From Sphingomonadales bacterium (GTDB lineage Bacteria; Pseudomonadota; Alphaproteobacteria; Sphingomonadales; Sphingomonadaceae), in NCBI GenBank assembly GCA_031370535.1, contig JANMQN010000169.1, positions 26,619 through 90,618 on the forward strand: 64,000 nucleotides of DNA, given 5' to 3'. The first letter of the stretch is position 1. Every line of letters begins with the position of its first letter. The notes under the pieces were generated by a model. It was not told where the DNA came from. It did no database searches and worked only from the letters and a program-made list of their open reading frames with translations. Below are positions 9,891 through 18,713 of the stretch, piece after piece. Position numbers and translations under genes: made by a program.

Positions 9891-10940
9891 TCAGCCAGAT
9901 TTGCGCAAGCGATATTCGCTTGGCGTCATCCCTTCGGCTTCGCGAAATGCCCGGTTGAAAGGGCCTAGCGACCCGAAGCCCGCGTCGAGCGCAATAGTGA
10001 TGATCGGCACATCTTTTTGACTTGAGTCAGCCAATGCCGCCTTCACTTCGGACAGCCTGTATCCGTTAAGAAAGGAGGCAAAATTCCGGTACCCCATCTG
10101 CTGGTTAATTGTCCGGCGCAGCCGATATTCCTGTTCTCCCAATTGCGCCGCTAGCTTTGCAATGGACATCGTCTCGTCGCGGTGCGGCATGTCGTTCTGC
10201 ATATGCGCCAGAAGTTTGGCGACCAGCGGATCGTCGACCGTTGCTGCAAGCGAGCGCCGCGTTTCGTCGGCGGTTGAGCCGAAAAGGTCCGCTTGGCGCA
10301 TTCCGAACATCGCCGCGCAAAAAGCCAGGATGACGATGACAGCAAGGCTACCCATAATACGTTGTCTGTCGTGGTCGATCCAGCCGTTGTGCGCCGCGAC
10401 TTCGGTGAGTGCGATAACAATAACGTATACACCGACGACAAAAACCATGCGCGTACGCAATTTGCGGCGACCTTCGATCAGGTCGCCTTCGCGCCCGCGC
10501 CACATTTCGAAAAGAGCACCCCCTGCGAACGCTAGCATCGCAAGTCGGAAAATGACGCCGGATATCGTGTTGATCCATCCATCCGCTGGAAAGGTCAATT
10601 GCACCACGAGTGAATTGGCGATGCTCGCTGCCACAAGCGCCATGTCGCGAAAGCGCAATTGTGTTTCATCGTTGAACCAGGCTTTGGCAAATAGCCAGAA
10701 CAAACCCGGCGTCGCGGCTGCGCCGAGCGCAATGATCAAGCCTATAAATAGTGGCTCGCGATACCAGCCAATAGTGACGATGATGTAACAGCAAATTGCG
10801 ATGTTCATTGCGACCGCCAGACGTGCCGCCAGTATCCGGCCATGATCGCGAAGCAATAACCAGCTCCACAACATAAGCAGCGCAATTGCCCCGCCACGGG
10901 CCATCAGGTCTAGCTGTTCGAAAAATCCCATTACCCGCAT
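9891..10940 (-). CDS. AraC family transcriptional regulator with a polytopic N-terminal membrane domain
   Basis: C-terminal AraC HTH (IAKLAAQLGEQEYRLRRTINQQMGYRNFASFLNGYRL...IALDAGFGSLGPFNRAFREAEGMTPSEYR). About 230 aa of hydrophobic helices precede it. Start choice is uncertain: ATG 10940 or 10931, or TTG 11027. Confidence 0.8.
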   Translation of the reverse strand: MRVMGFFEQLDLMARGGAIALLMLWSWLLLRDHGRILAARLAVAMNIAICCYIIVTIGWYREPLFIGLIIALGAAATPGLFWLFAKAWFNDETQLRFRDMALVAASIANSLVVQLTFPADGWINTISGVIFRLAMLAFAGGALFEMWRGREGDLIEGRRKLRTRMVFVVGVYVIVIALTEVAAHNGWIDHDRQRIMGSLAVIVILAFCAAMFGMRQADLFGSTADETRRSLAATVDDPLVAKLLAHMQNDMPHRDETMSIAKLAAQLGEQEYRLRRTINQQMGYRNFASFLNGYRLSEVKAALADSSQKDVPIITIALDAGFGSLGPFNRAFREAEGMTPSEYRLRKSG

Positions 10941-11041
10941 CGCTGTCACATCGAGCCGCAAGCAACAAGATGATTTTGCCACCGCCAGCCGCGCGTTCAG
11001 TTTTTCTTTGGAAAATGCTGCTATCAACTCGGCCGCGAAAG

Positions 11042-11740
11042 ATGGAGCCGACCTTGCCGGATGTTACCAGCCTGAAACTATTGGGACTTGCGGGGATCAT
11101 TTCTTACGCCGCAGCGCGGATGGCGGCGAAGGCGGGGATGCTAGGCTATAGCCGCCTGATGCTGGTCGCTGTTCCTGTTGCCGGTATGCCCGAAATGCCG
11201 AAAGGATTTCGTGTGGAGCCTATCGCACCCGAAGCATTGCTGAACCACATCATCGACGTTTCACCCGACGTTCAAAACCTCCGGTTTGCACAAGGCATGA
11301 CATGTCTAGCCGCGTTTAACCGTAAGAAGGAGCTGGTTGGAGTAATATGGATTGGCAACGGACCGTTTAGTGAGGATTCTATGGCGATCTGTTTTCACGT
11401 CCCTGCCGATGCTGGATGGGATGCCGGCCTGTGGATCAAGCCGCAGCATCGGATGGGTCGTGGCTTTGCGGCATTAATGGCGGGCACCGCTAAATGGCTT
11501 CGGGCCAATGGCAAGCACTGGTCGATGAGCTGGATCGCCGATTATAACTTGCCGTCAATGCTTTCGCACAAGCGCATGGGCGCAACGACGGTCGGGCAGG
11601 TAATAATCTTCCGCTTTTTTCGCTGGCAATTTATGTCGCAAGGACGACCGCGAATCGTGGCTATAAACAGCGAAAATGCCTCGGAAATTCATCTGGATCA
11701 TCGGGGCATTAATCGTTCATTCAGGAAACAAATGGCGTAA
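11042..11740 (+). CDS. hypothetical protein, possibly GNAT-fold acyltransferase
   Basis: WIKPQHRMGRGFAALMAGTAKWL resembles GNAT motif A (Q/R-x-x-G-x-G/A). I recognise no other family match. The start could also be ATG 11015. Confidence 0.4.
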   Translation: MEPTLPDVTSLKLLGLAGIISYAAARMAAKAGMLGYSRLMLVAVPVAGMPEMPKGFRVEPIAPEALLNHIIDVSPDVQNLRFAQGMTCLAAFNRKKELVGVIWIGNGPFSEDSMAICFHVPADAGWDAGLWIKPQHRMGRGFAALMAGTAKWLRANGKHWSMSWIADYNLPSMLSHKRMGATTVGQVIIFRFFRWQFMSQGRPRIVAINSENASEIHLDHRGINRSFRKQMA

Positions 11741-11788
11741 TTTTAACTTGTCGCATATATGATTTTTGGTCGGTTGCGGAGAGAGCTG

Positions 11789-12091
11789 ATGCGTATCAAA
11801 CTGTGCCTGTTAACTGCTGGTTTAGTTCTGTCTTCGACGGCGTCTGCGCAGACGCATAACGGGTTTAATACTCTGCCCGAATATAATTTGAGCACTAGCG
11901 ACATGAGCTGGGCATATGGTCCCGATCGAAAGGAACGAAGCGCTGCAGTTGTTTTGGCAAGGCTGCGCTCATTGTGCAGCAGCACCCATCATTACGAACA
12001 ATATTATTGCGCGCGCGGCATGAAGCTTCTGAACAAGGCATATGCAGAATTGAAGTTGCGGAAGGCTGCCGAATCTACATTCACGGAGTAA
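11789..12091 (+). CDS. small secreted hypothetical protein
   Basis: MRIKLCLLTAGLVLSSTASAQ is a signal peptide with an ASA-Q cleavage site. There are 2 Cys in the mature part. I recognise no family. Confidence 0.45.
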   Translation: MRIKLCLLTAGLVLSSTASAQTHNGFNTLPEYNLSTSDMSWAYGPDRKERSAAVVLARLRSLCSSTHHYEQYYCARGMKLLNKAYAELKLRKAAESTFTE

Positions 12092-12149
12092 CGTTTCAGC
12101 ACGCAATTCAAGATAGGCGTGGGCCGATGCCGCTGCTATCGAACGTGCC

Positions 12150-14966
12150 ATGTCCGAACAAAAGCATCTCTACCTCGTCGATGGCTCCGCATATATATTC
12201 CGTGCTTACCACCGGTTGCCGCCACTAACCAATCAGCACGGGGAGCCGGTAGGTGCGGTTTATGGATATACGACCATGCTTTGGAAGCTGGCGGACGACT
12301 TGCATCAGGCTGATGGTCCGACCCATATGGCGGTGGTACTCGACAAATCTAGCCAGTCGTTCCGCAATCGAATTTACGATCAGTACAAAGCCCACAGGCC
12401 CGATCCGCCTGAGGATCTGAAGCCGCAATTCCCTATGATCCGCGATGCTACGCGCGCTTTCTCGCTGCCAATGATCGAGGAAGATGACGTCGAGGCGGAC
12501 GATATGATTGCGAGCTATGCCAAAGCGGCATGTCGCGCGGGCTGGCATGTGACTATCGTGTCATCGGATAAAGATCTGATGCAGTTGGTCGAACCATGCG
12601 TCGACATGTTCGACACGATGAAGAACGAACGTATCCGCACCGAGGAAGTGTTCGAAAAATTTGGCGTTGCGCCGGAGAAGGTCGGTGATGTTTTGGCGCT
12701 GATGGGGGATAGTGTCGATAATGTCCCGGGCGTTCCCGGTGTCGGTCCGAAAACCGCGACCAAGCTAATCCAGGAGTTCGGCGATCTTGAATCGGTGCTT
12801 GCCGCAGCACCCGAAATGAAGCCCTCGAAGATGCGTGACAATCTGATTGAGCATGCGGAAAAGGCGAGATTGTCGAAAGTGCTGGTCACGCTGAAGGAGG
12901 ATTGTCCGCTCCCGGTTCCGATCGAAGATATGGAACTGGGGGCCATTCCGGAGGAACCGCTAGCGGCGTTCCTCCAGCATCATGGATTTAATTCGCTGCT
13001 CAAACGCATTGGACATGTTGCCAATACCGCCTCTGCAAACAAGGCGATTGCGGGCAATCCCAAGGCGACCAGCAACGGCGAAGGTGCAGCGCACGCGCCT
13101 GTTGCCGGCAATGCTGCGGCACCCGCGCCGATGCCACCTATCGATACCAAGAGCTATGAATGCGTAACCGATCTTGCGCGCCTCGATCACTGGATTTCAC
13201 GCGCGCACGAAACCGGATTGCTTGGCTTTGACACCGAGACCGACAGTCTGCAGGCAGCGAGCGCCAACCTGGTCGGGTTCAGCCTTGCAGTTGCGCCGGG
13301 AGAAGCATGCTATGTCCCACTCTCGCACGGTGGCACCGACATGTTCGCTGAAAAGCCCGTTCAAATCCCGATGGCCGCCGCGATCGCAAAATTGAAGCCA
13401 TTGCTCACGGATTGGTCAGTCCTCAAAATCGGCCAGAATCTCAAATATGATATGTCGGTACTGGCACGGCACGGCGTTACGGTTGCCCCTTATGACGATA
13501 CGATGGTGATGAGCTTTGCGCTCGACGCTGGGCGGCAGGGGCATGGAATGGACGAGCTGGCAAAGGTTCATCTAAATCATGAGTGTATCTCGTACAAAAC
13601 GGTCACTGGTACCGGCAAAAGCCAGATCGGCTTTGCGGCCGTGCCCTTGGCTGATGCCACCTGTTACGCTGCCGAGGATGCCGACGTTACATTGCGGCTC
13701 TGGCATCATCTGAAGTTGCGGCTCAGTCCTGAAAAAGCGACGGTCGTATATGAAATGGTAGACCGGCCGCTGGTTCCGGTACTTTCGAAGATGGAATGTA
13801 CCGGCATCAAGGTCGACCGCGCTGTTTTGGCTAGGCTGTCGGGCGAGTTTGCCGCGCAAATGGAGGTCCTGGAAAAAGAAATCTATGGCTTAGCTGGTCA
13901 GCCATTCACTATCGGCAGCCCGCAGCAGCTGGGCGAAATCCTGTTCGGGAAATTGGGCCATAAGGGCGGCAAGAAGGGCAAGTCCGGACAATATTCGACT
14001 GATGTTACTGTGCTGGAAGATCTGGCAGGGCAAGGCGTAGATATCGCGCGCAAAGTTCTCGACTGGCGGCAACTGGCGAAACTGAAATCGACCTATACCG
14101 ACAGCCTTCAGCAGCAGATCGATCCATCGACAGGCCGCGTTCACACCAGTTACAGTCTCGTCGGCGCGCAAACGGGTCGGTTGTCATCGACCGATCCAAA
14201 TCTTCAAAATATCCCGATTCGAACCGAAACCGGACGGCAGATCCGCGATGCGTTTGTTGCCGATTCCGGTAATCTCATATTGTCGGCGGATTACAGCCAG
14301 ATTGAATTGCGTCTGGCCGCACATTTTGCCGATGTCGAGCCGCTTCGTGATGCCTTTGAAAAGGGCGAAGACATCCACGCGCGCACGGCGATGGAGATGT
14401 TCGGTGAGGTCAATCGCGATACGCGCGGCCGGGCAAAAACGATCAACTTCTCTATTTTGTACGGTATCTCGCGCTGGGGGCTAGCAAAGCGTCTAGAATC
14501 AACCCCTGATGAAGCACAGGCGCTCATTGATGCGTACTTCAAGCGGTTCCCCGGCATCTCGAATTACATTCAGGAGACGCTGGCAGAGGTGCGCGAAGTC
14601 GGCCATTCGACGACGCTGTTTGGACGCAAAACCTGGTTCCCGCGCATCAAGTCCCCCAATCAGGCCGAAAGGCAGGGCAGCGAGCGTGCTGCGATCAACG
14701 CGCCGATCCAAGGGACAAGTGCCGACATCATCAAGCGCGCAATGGTTCGGATGGGGCCTGCCCTGCTGGAGGCTGGCCTCCCCAATGTCAAAATGCTGTT
14801 GCAGGTGCATGACGAACTTGTGTTTGAACTTCCGGAGTCCGATGTTTTGGCGGCGAGCAAAGTCATTGAGACCGTTATGGCGGGCGCGGCCGAACCGCTG
14901 GTCAAACTGACCGTCCCGCTCGGCGTTGAAATCGGGACAGGCAAAAGCTGGGGCGCGGCGCATTGA
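12150..14966 (+). CDS. polA: DNA polymerase I
   Basis: 938 aa. Contains the 5'-nuclease N-terminus (LYLVDGSAYIFRAYH), the 3'-5' exonuclease domain (GFDTETDSL), and polymerase motifs (LSADYSQIELR, RRAKTINFSILYG, QVHDELVFE). Confidence 0.97.
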   Translation: MSEQKHLYLVDGSAYIFRAYHRLPPLTNQHGEPVGAVYGYTTMLWKLADDLHQADGPTHMAVVLDKSSQSFRNRIYDQYKAHRPDPPEDLKPQFPMIRDATRAFSLPMIEEDDVEADDMIASYAKAACRAGWHVTIVSSDKDLMQLVEPCVDMFDTMKNERIRTEEVFEKFGVAPEKVGDVLALMGDSVDNVPGVPGVGPKTATKLIQEFGDLESVLAAAPEMKPSKMRDNLIEHAEKARLSKVLVTLKEDCPLPVPIEDMELGAIPEEPLAAFLQHHGFNSLLKRIGHVANTASANKAIAGNPKATSNGEGAAHAPVAGNAAAPAPMPPIDTKSYECVTDLARLDHWISRAHETGLLGFDTETDSLQAASANLVGFSLAVAPGEACYVPLSHGGTDMFAEKPVQIPMAAAIAKLKPLLTDWSVLKIGQNLKYDMSVLARHGVTVAPYDDTMVMSFALDAGRQGHGMDELAKVHLNHECISYKTVTGTGKSQIGFAAVPLADATCYAAEDADVTLRLWHHLKLRLSPEKATVVYEMVDRPLVPVLSKMECTGIKVDRAVLARLSGEFAAQMEVLEKEIYGLAGQPFTIGSPQQLGEILFGKLGHKGGKKGKSGQYSTDVTVLEDLAGQGVDIARKVLDWRQLAKLKSTYTDSLQQQIDPSTGRVHTSYSLVGAQTGRLSSTDPNLQNIPIRTETGRQIRDAFVADSGNLILSADYSQIELRLAAHFADVEPLRDAFEKGEDIHARTAMEMFGEVNRDTRGRAKTINFSILYGISRWGLAKRLESTPDEAQALIDAYFKRFPGISNYIQETLAEVREVGHSTTLFGRKTWFPRIKSPNQAERQGSERAAINAPIQGTSADIIKRAMVRMGPALLEAGLPNVKMLLQVHDELVFELPESDVLAASKVIETVMAGAAEPLVKLTVPLGVEIGTGKSWGAAH

Positions 14967-14980
14967 CCTAGCCGCGCCCC
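14950..14980. terminator. GC-rich hairpin between convergent polA and the DUF2171 gene (likely bidirectional terminator)
   Basis: GGGGCGCGGC (14950-14959), an 11-nt loop, then GCCGCGCCCC (14971-14980), a perfect 10-bp stem. The left arm and loop cover the last polA codons and its stop. It is followed by ATTTGCTTGTTT on the plus strand and CAGCTTTTGCC on the minus strand. Confidence 0.6.
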
Positions 14981-14990
14981 ATTTGCTTGT

Positions 14991-15254
14991 TTACATGGGC
15001 ATATTGTCGTTTTTTTCTTCGGATTCCATCGCAACGGCCACATCTGCATTCGCCGAAAGCCGCACCGTTCCATCTTCCACTGAAGCAACCAGTCCGCCAT
15101 CTATATAGTGGTGATGGCCTTCATGGCTGCCTTGGCCCGAATCTTTCTTGGTAAGCTTTATACGGTTGCCTTCGACGCCGTCTACGGTGCCGACATGGAC
15201 GCCGTCAGCGCCGATGACTTCTGCATGTTCCTTAACTTGTGAGAGGTCTGCCAT
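14991..15254 (-). CDS. DUF2171-like small protein
   Basis: MADLSQVKEHAEVIGADGVHVGTVDGVEGNRIKLTKKD...HHHYI matches my recall of DUF2171. I moved the start to ATG 15254. Confidence 0.6.
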   Translation of the reverse strand: MADLSQVKEHAEVIGADGVHVGTVDGVEGNRIKLTKKDSGQGSHEGHHHYIDGGLVASVEDGTVRLSANADVAVAMESEEKNDNMPM

Positions 15255-15437
15255 TTTTTTTCTCCTGTGCTTGGGCATGGCTTAACGCGCCAGATGGCAT
15301 GAAGGTCCACGACATTGGCCGCATGGCCATGTCGCATAACCTTCTTATTTTGATAGCCGAACCGTCGCACGCAGTTCGCAATATTGACGCCATCGCTGCG
15401 CATAGGGCCATCTTCCCAACCGCAGGAGTCTCCCAAA

Positions 15438-17711
15438 ATGCGTCGTCCCTATATCGCTGCAATTCTTTCATTTCTCAGTGCAACGACAGCCATGCCGGCA
15501 TTCGCCCAAACCCCCGAAGCCGACGATCAGGCGTTCGAAGGCGAAATCATCGTTACTGCGCAGAAACGCGAAGAGCGGCTGGTCGATGTGCCGGTTACTA
15601 TTAGTGCGGTTAACCAGGCCCGTCTCGATGAGCTCGGTGTCAGCGATCTGGATGAACTGGCGAACTATATCCCCGGCCTAAACATCCAGGAGCAGAGCGC
15701 CAACAACCCAGGTATCGTGATCCGTGGAATCACGTCGGACTCCGGATCGGCGCAGCAGGCGGCGCGCGTGACGCTTTACTATAACGGCGTCGATATCTCG
15801 CGCTCGCGCGGTTCGTATCAGGACATTTATGACGTCGAACGCATCGAAGTCATCAAAGGACCGCAGGCGACGTTGTTCGGTACGGCATCGGCAGTCGGCG
15901 CAATCAGCATCATTTCGGCGCGACCCAAGCCGGGTTTTTCTGGCGCGCTAACTGCAGGCATCGGCAATTACGATCAGCGTTTGCTAACCGGCAACCTCAA
16001 TATGGGCTCGGACATATTAGCCGCGCGGGTCGCGTTCGCATATAAAAAGCGCGACGGCTATGTGAACAATCTGGCCCCTGGTCAGGATGATCTGAACGGG
16101 CAGGACCAGCTTGGCGTCCGCGGTTCGCTTCGGTTCACGCCAAATGACGCGCTCACCGCCGACCTCATTCTGACCTATGACCGTCAGCGCAATCCGGGCA
16201 CCGCGTTCGTGTCTCGCGCCCTGCCCACGGCTTCGGGCCCCGGCGACCCGTTCGGCGACGCCTTTCTGGGCGGGTCGCCGCGTTCATTGCAAGACCTGTA
16301 TCAGGACAAATTGGGGCTGACCCGTGACGTTTACGACGCCAATTTCACCGTGAACTATGAATTTGCCGACAATTGGGCGCTGACGATGGTCAATGGTTAC
16401 CGCAAATTCGACTCGCTTGAAGTATTCGATGCCGATGGTTCAGCGGCCTGGTATCTCGAATTTACCGAATTGGCCAAGGGCGACCAGTTCAATCATGAGA
16501 CCCGATTTGCATATACGGACGATAAATTTCGCGGTTCATTCGGGTTCAACTTTTTCCACGAAGACAGCATCCAGAATGTCCCGTTCTCGACCAATGAGCG
16601 CGTGTTTTTTGCATGCGCGACCAGCACTGCAGCAACACGTGCGCAGTGCGTCGCGCCAAATGGTAGCGTTCCGGCGCAAGCCCTTCCCGCTATACCTTAC
16701 AGCTCGGTATTTGAAAATCAGGGTCGCAATGACAGTTACTCGATGTTTGCCGACGGCACATGGATTCCTATACCAAAATTGGAGATAACTTCCGGTGCGC
16801 GAGTCTTGATCGAGAAGCGTCGTTCGGGCTTCTACGCCCGTGTTCCGCGTTCGGTCGTTACCGGCGGTGCATCGGTTATTCCCGGTCAGATTGACACCGC
16901 AGGCCAAACCTTCCGGACCGAGGATAGCTTTGTCGCTGTCCTGCCGCGGTTCAATTTGCTCTACCGATTCTCGGATAATTTCAATGGCTATGCGACGGTT
17001 TCGAAAGGCCGCCGTTCGGCAACGGTGCAACTTGGTGCGCGCTCAACGCTAGGCGGCCCGGTTGCAAATTTCACGCCGGTGCTCGCAGAGAATATCTGGA
17101 ACTATGAGGTTGGCCTGAAAGGCGCTTTGGGCATTTTTTCGGGTTCAATCGGCGCTTATTATCTGACCTACGACAATTTTCAGGTGAGCATTGTTCTGCC
17201 GAACGGAACGACCCAGACACAAAGCGCCGGAACCGCTACGAACAAAGGCATCGAGGCCGAACTGACTATGAAGCCAACAAGCTGGCTGAGCATCTTCGGC
17301 AATGTGGGTTATATCGACGGGGGAATCGACGATAAACCAACCATAGCTGCAAATTTCCGGGGCGCGAAATTCCGTTTGCAACCCGAAGTGCAAGCGTCGG
17401 GTGGTTTCACCATTAACGCGCCTTTGGGCGGGGTAACTTTCTTCGCTACGCCATCGGTGACCTATCGCAGCAGCATGTTCTTCGAAATCCCGAACAATCC
17501 CGTCACCAGTCAGGATGCGGTAACATTGGTCAACGTCAACGCAGGGCTTCGCTTCGGCGGCGACCGTTTTGAAATATCTGCCTTCGCGCGCAACCTTTTG
17601 GACGAAGACTATTTGCTCGATGCGGGCAATACGGGCGGCGCTTTTGGAATCCCGAGCTTCATTCCGGCGGAACCCCGACTTTACGGCATACGGGTTGGCG
17701 CAAAATTCTAA
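15438..17711 (+). CDS. TonB-dependent receptor
   Basis: Signal peptide MRRPYIAAILSFLSATTAMPAFAQ, plug domain (IIVTAQKREERLVDVPVTISAV, ERIEVIKGPQATLFG), and a C-terminal beta-barrel ending LYGIRVGAKF. GGAG lies upstream of ATG 15438. Confidence 0.9.
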   Translation: MRRPYIAAILSFLSATTAMPAFAQTPEADDQAFEGEIIVTAQKREERLVDVPVTISAVNQARLDELGVSDLDELANYIPGLNIQEQSANNPGIVIRGITSDSGSAQQAARVTLYYNGVDISRSRGSYQDIYDVERIEVIKGPQATLFGTASAVGAISIISARPKPGFSGALTAGIGNYDQRLLTGNLNMGSDILAARVAFAYKKRDGYVNNLAPGQDDLNGQDQLGVRGSLRFTPNDALTADLILTYDRQRNPGTAFVSRALPTASGPGDPFGDAFLGGSPRSLQDLYQDKLGLTRDVYDANFTVNYEFADNWALTMVNGYRKFDSLEVFDADGSAAWYLEFTELAKGDQFNHETRFAYTDDKFRGSFGFNFFHEDSIQNVPFSTNERVFFACATSTAATRAQCVAPNGSVPAQALPAIPYSSVFENQGRNDSYSMFADGTWIPIPKLEITSGARVLIEKRRSGFYARVPRSVVTGGASVIPGQIDTAGQTFRTEDSFVAVLPRFNLLYRFSDNFNGYATVSKGRRSATVQLGARSTLGGPVANFTPVLAENIWNYEVGLKGALGIFSGSIGAYYLTYDNFQVSIVLPNGTTQTQSAGTATNKGIEAELTMKPTSWLSIFGNVGYIDGGIDDKPTIAANFRGAKFRLQPEVQASGGFTINAPLGGVTFFATPSVTYRSSMFFEIPNNPVTSQDAVTLVNVNAGLRFGGDRFEISAFARNLLDEDYLLDAGNTGGAFGIPSFIPAEPRLYGIRVGAKF

Positions 17712-17742
17712 TCCGGCGAGGAAATGACGCGATTTGACTCGA

Positions 17743-17784
17743 AACTGTCACGCGTATGACGTGAACGCGTAACGCGTGACAGTT
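17743..17784. promoter_or_regulatory. perfect 13-bp inverted repeat (AACTGTCACGCGT-N16-ACGCGTGACAGTT) between the TonB-dependent receptor and plcP-like gene
   Basis: Read directly from the sequence. The arms carry CTGTCAC (6/7 match to the E. coli Pho-box half-site CTGTCAT) in inverted orientation. Three self-complementary ACGCGT hexamers lie at 17750, 17765 and 17772. No T-tract follows. Confidence 0.5.
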
Positions 17785-17822
17785 AATCGGCAGTTCCAGT
17801 TAAGGCAACAACTGGGAAAATC

Positions 17823-18713
17823 ATGACCGATATTCTGAAAGATAGCGTTCTCAATAAGGACGAGGTCACCGGCATCTTCGAGCCGAAAATGCCCGACTGG
17901 TTCCACGAAAAAGAACCGCGAAGCTATCAGCCGAAGCAAAAGTATAGAACGGTCTGGATATCCGACATCCACCTTGGAACGTCCGGCTGTAATGCAGAGC
18001 TTCTGCTCGATTTTCTGCACAGCATCAAATGCGATACGCTCTATCTGGTTGGCGACATTGTTGATGGCTGGCGCTTGCGCAAAGGCTGGTATTGGCCATC
18101 GAGCCACAATGAAGTGCTCCGCCGTATCCTGAAAATGGCGCATAAAGGCACGCGGGTGGTATACGTTCCGGGCAATCATGACGAGATGTTCCGCGATTAT
18201 GTTGGTCTTGGCTTTGGCGGTGTTGAACTGGCACATGAGGCGATCCATGAGACCGCCGACGGGCGGCTATTGCTGGTCACGCATGGCGATATGTTCGACA
18301 GCGTCGTACTATACGCCAAGTGGTTGGCGTTCTTGGGCGATGCTGCTTACACATTCCTGCTGAAGGCCAATATCTGGCTCAATGCGGTGCGTCGTCGGTT
18401 CCATCTGCCTTATTGGTCACTCTCATCTTATCTGAAAATGCGCGTTAAAAATGCGGTGGCATTTATCGGTCAATATGAAGAGGCTGTTGCCCGCGCCGCG
18501 ATTGAACGTGGCGTCGACGGCGTTGTATGCGGCCATATTCACCATGCCGAAATCCGCGAATTTGATGGCGTCACTTATTATAATGATGGCGACTGGGTCG
18601 AAAGCTGCACTGCTTTGGTGGAGGACAAGCACGGCAATATGTCGATTGTCGATTGGGCCGAACACACCCGTCAGCGCCGCCACGCCGACAAGCTGGCCAA
18701 GGTCGCTGCGTGA
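17823..18713 (+). CDS. plcP: calcineurin-like metallophosphoesterase, PlcP-type phospholipase C-like (family often labelled LpxH / UDP-2,3-diacylglucosamine diphosphatase)
   Basis: Metallophosphoesterase motifs are present: SDIHLG, LVGDIVDGW, PGNHDE, THGDMFD, GHIHH. The DGWRL...W insertion and the translationally coupled GT4 gene downstream fit the PlcP-Agt pair described in alphaproteobacteria rather than true LpxH. Confidence 0.65.
   Translation: MTDILKDSVLNKDEVTGIFEPKMPDWFHEKEPRSYQPKQKYRTVWISDIHLGTSGCNAELLLDFLHSIKCDTLYLVGDIVDGWRLRKGWYWPSSHNEVLRRILKMAHKGTRVVYVPGNHDEMFRDYVGLGFGGVELAHEAIHETADGRLLLVTHGDMFDSVVLYAKWLAFLGDAAYTFLLKANIWLNAVRRRFHLPYWSLSSYLKMRVKNAVAFIGQYEEAVARAAIERGVDGVVCGHIHHAEIREFDGVTYYNDGDWVESCTALVEDKHGNMSIVDWAEHTRQRRHADKLAKVAA

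Noticed and set aside
10162-10788. 208-aa plus-strand ORF
   Set aside because: It is a shadow ORF antisense to the AraC regulator's membrane domain. The product is Ser/Ala/Arg-rich with no motifs.
15255-15437. Riboswitch (B12/TPP) in the leader of the first TonB-dependent receptor
   Set aside because: I could not find a B12-box (GCCACTG-like) or a TPP core (CUGAGA...ACCUGA). Without a covariance-model scan I cannot support any riboswitch call.
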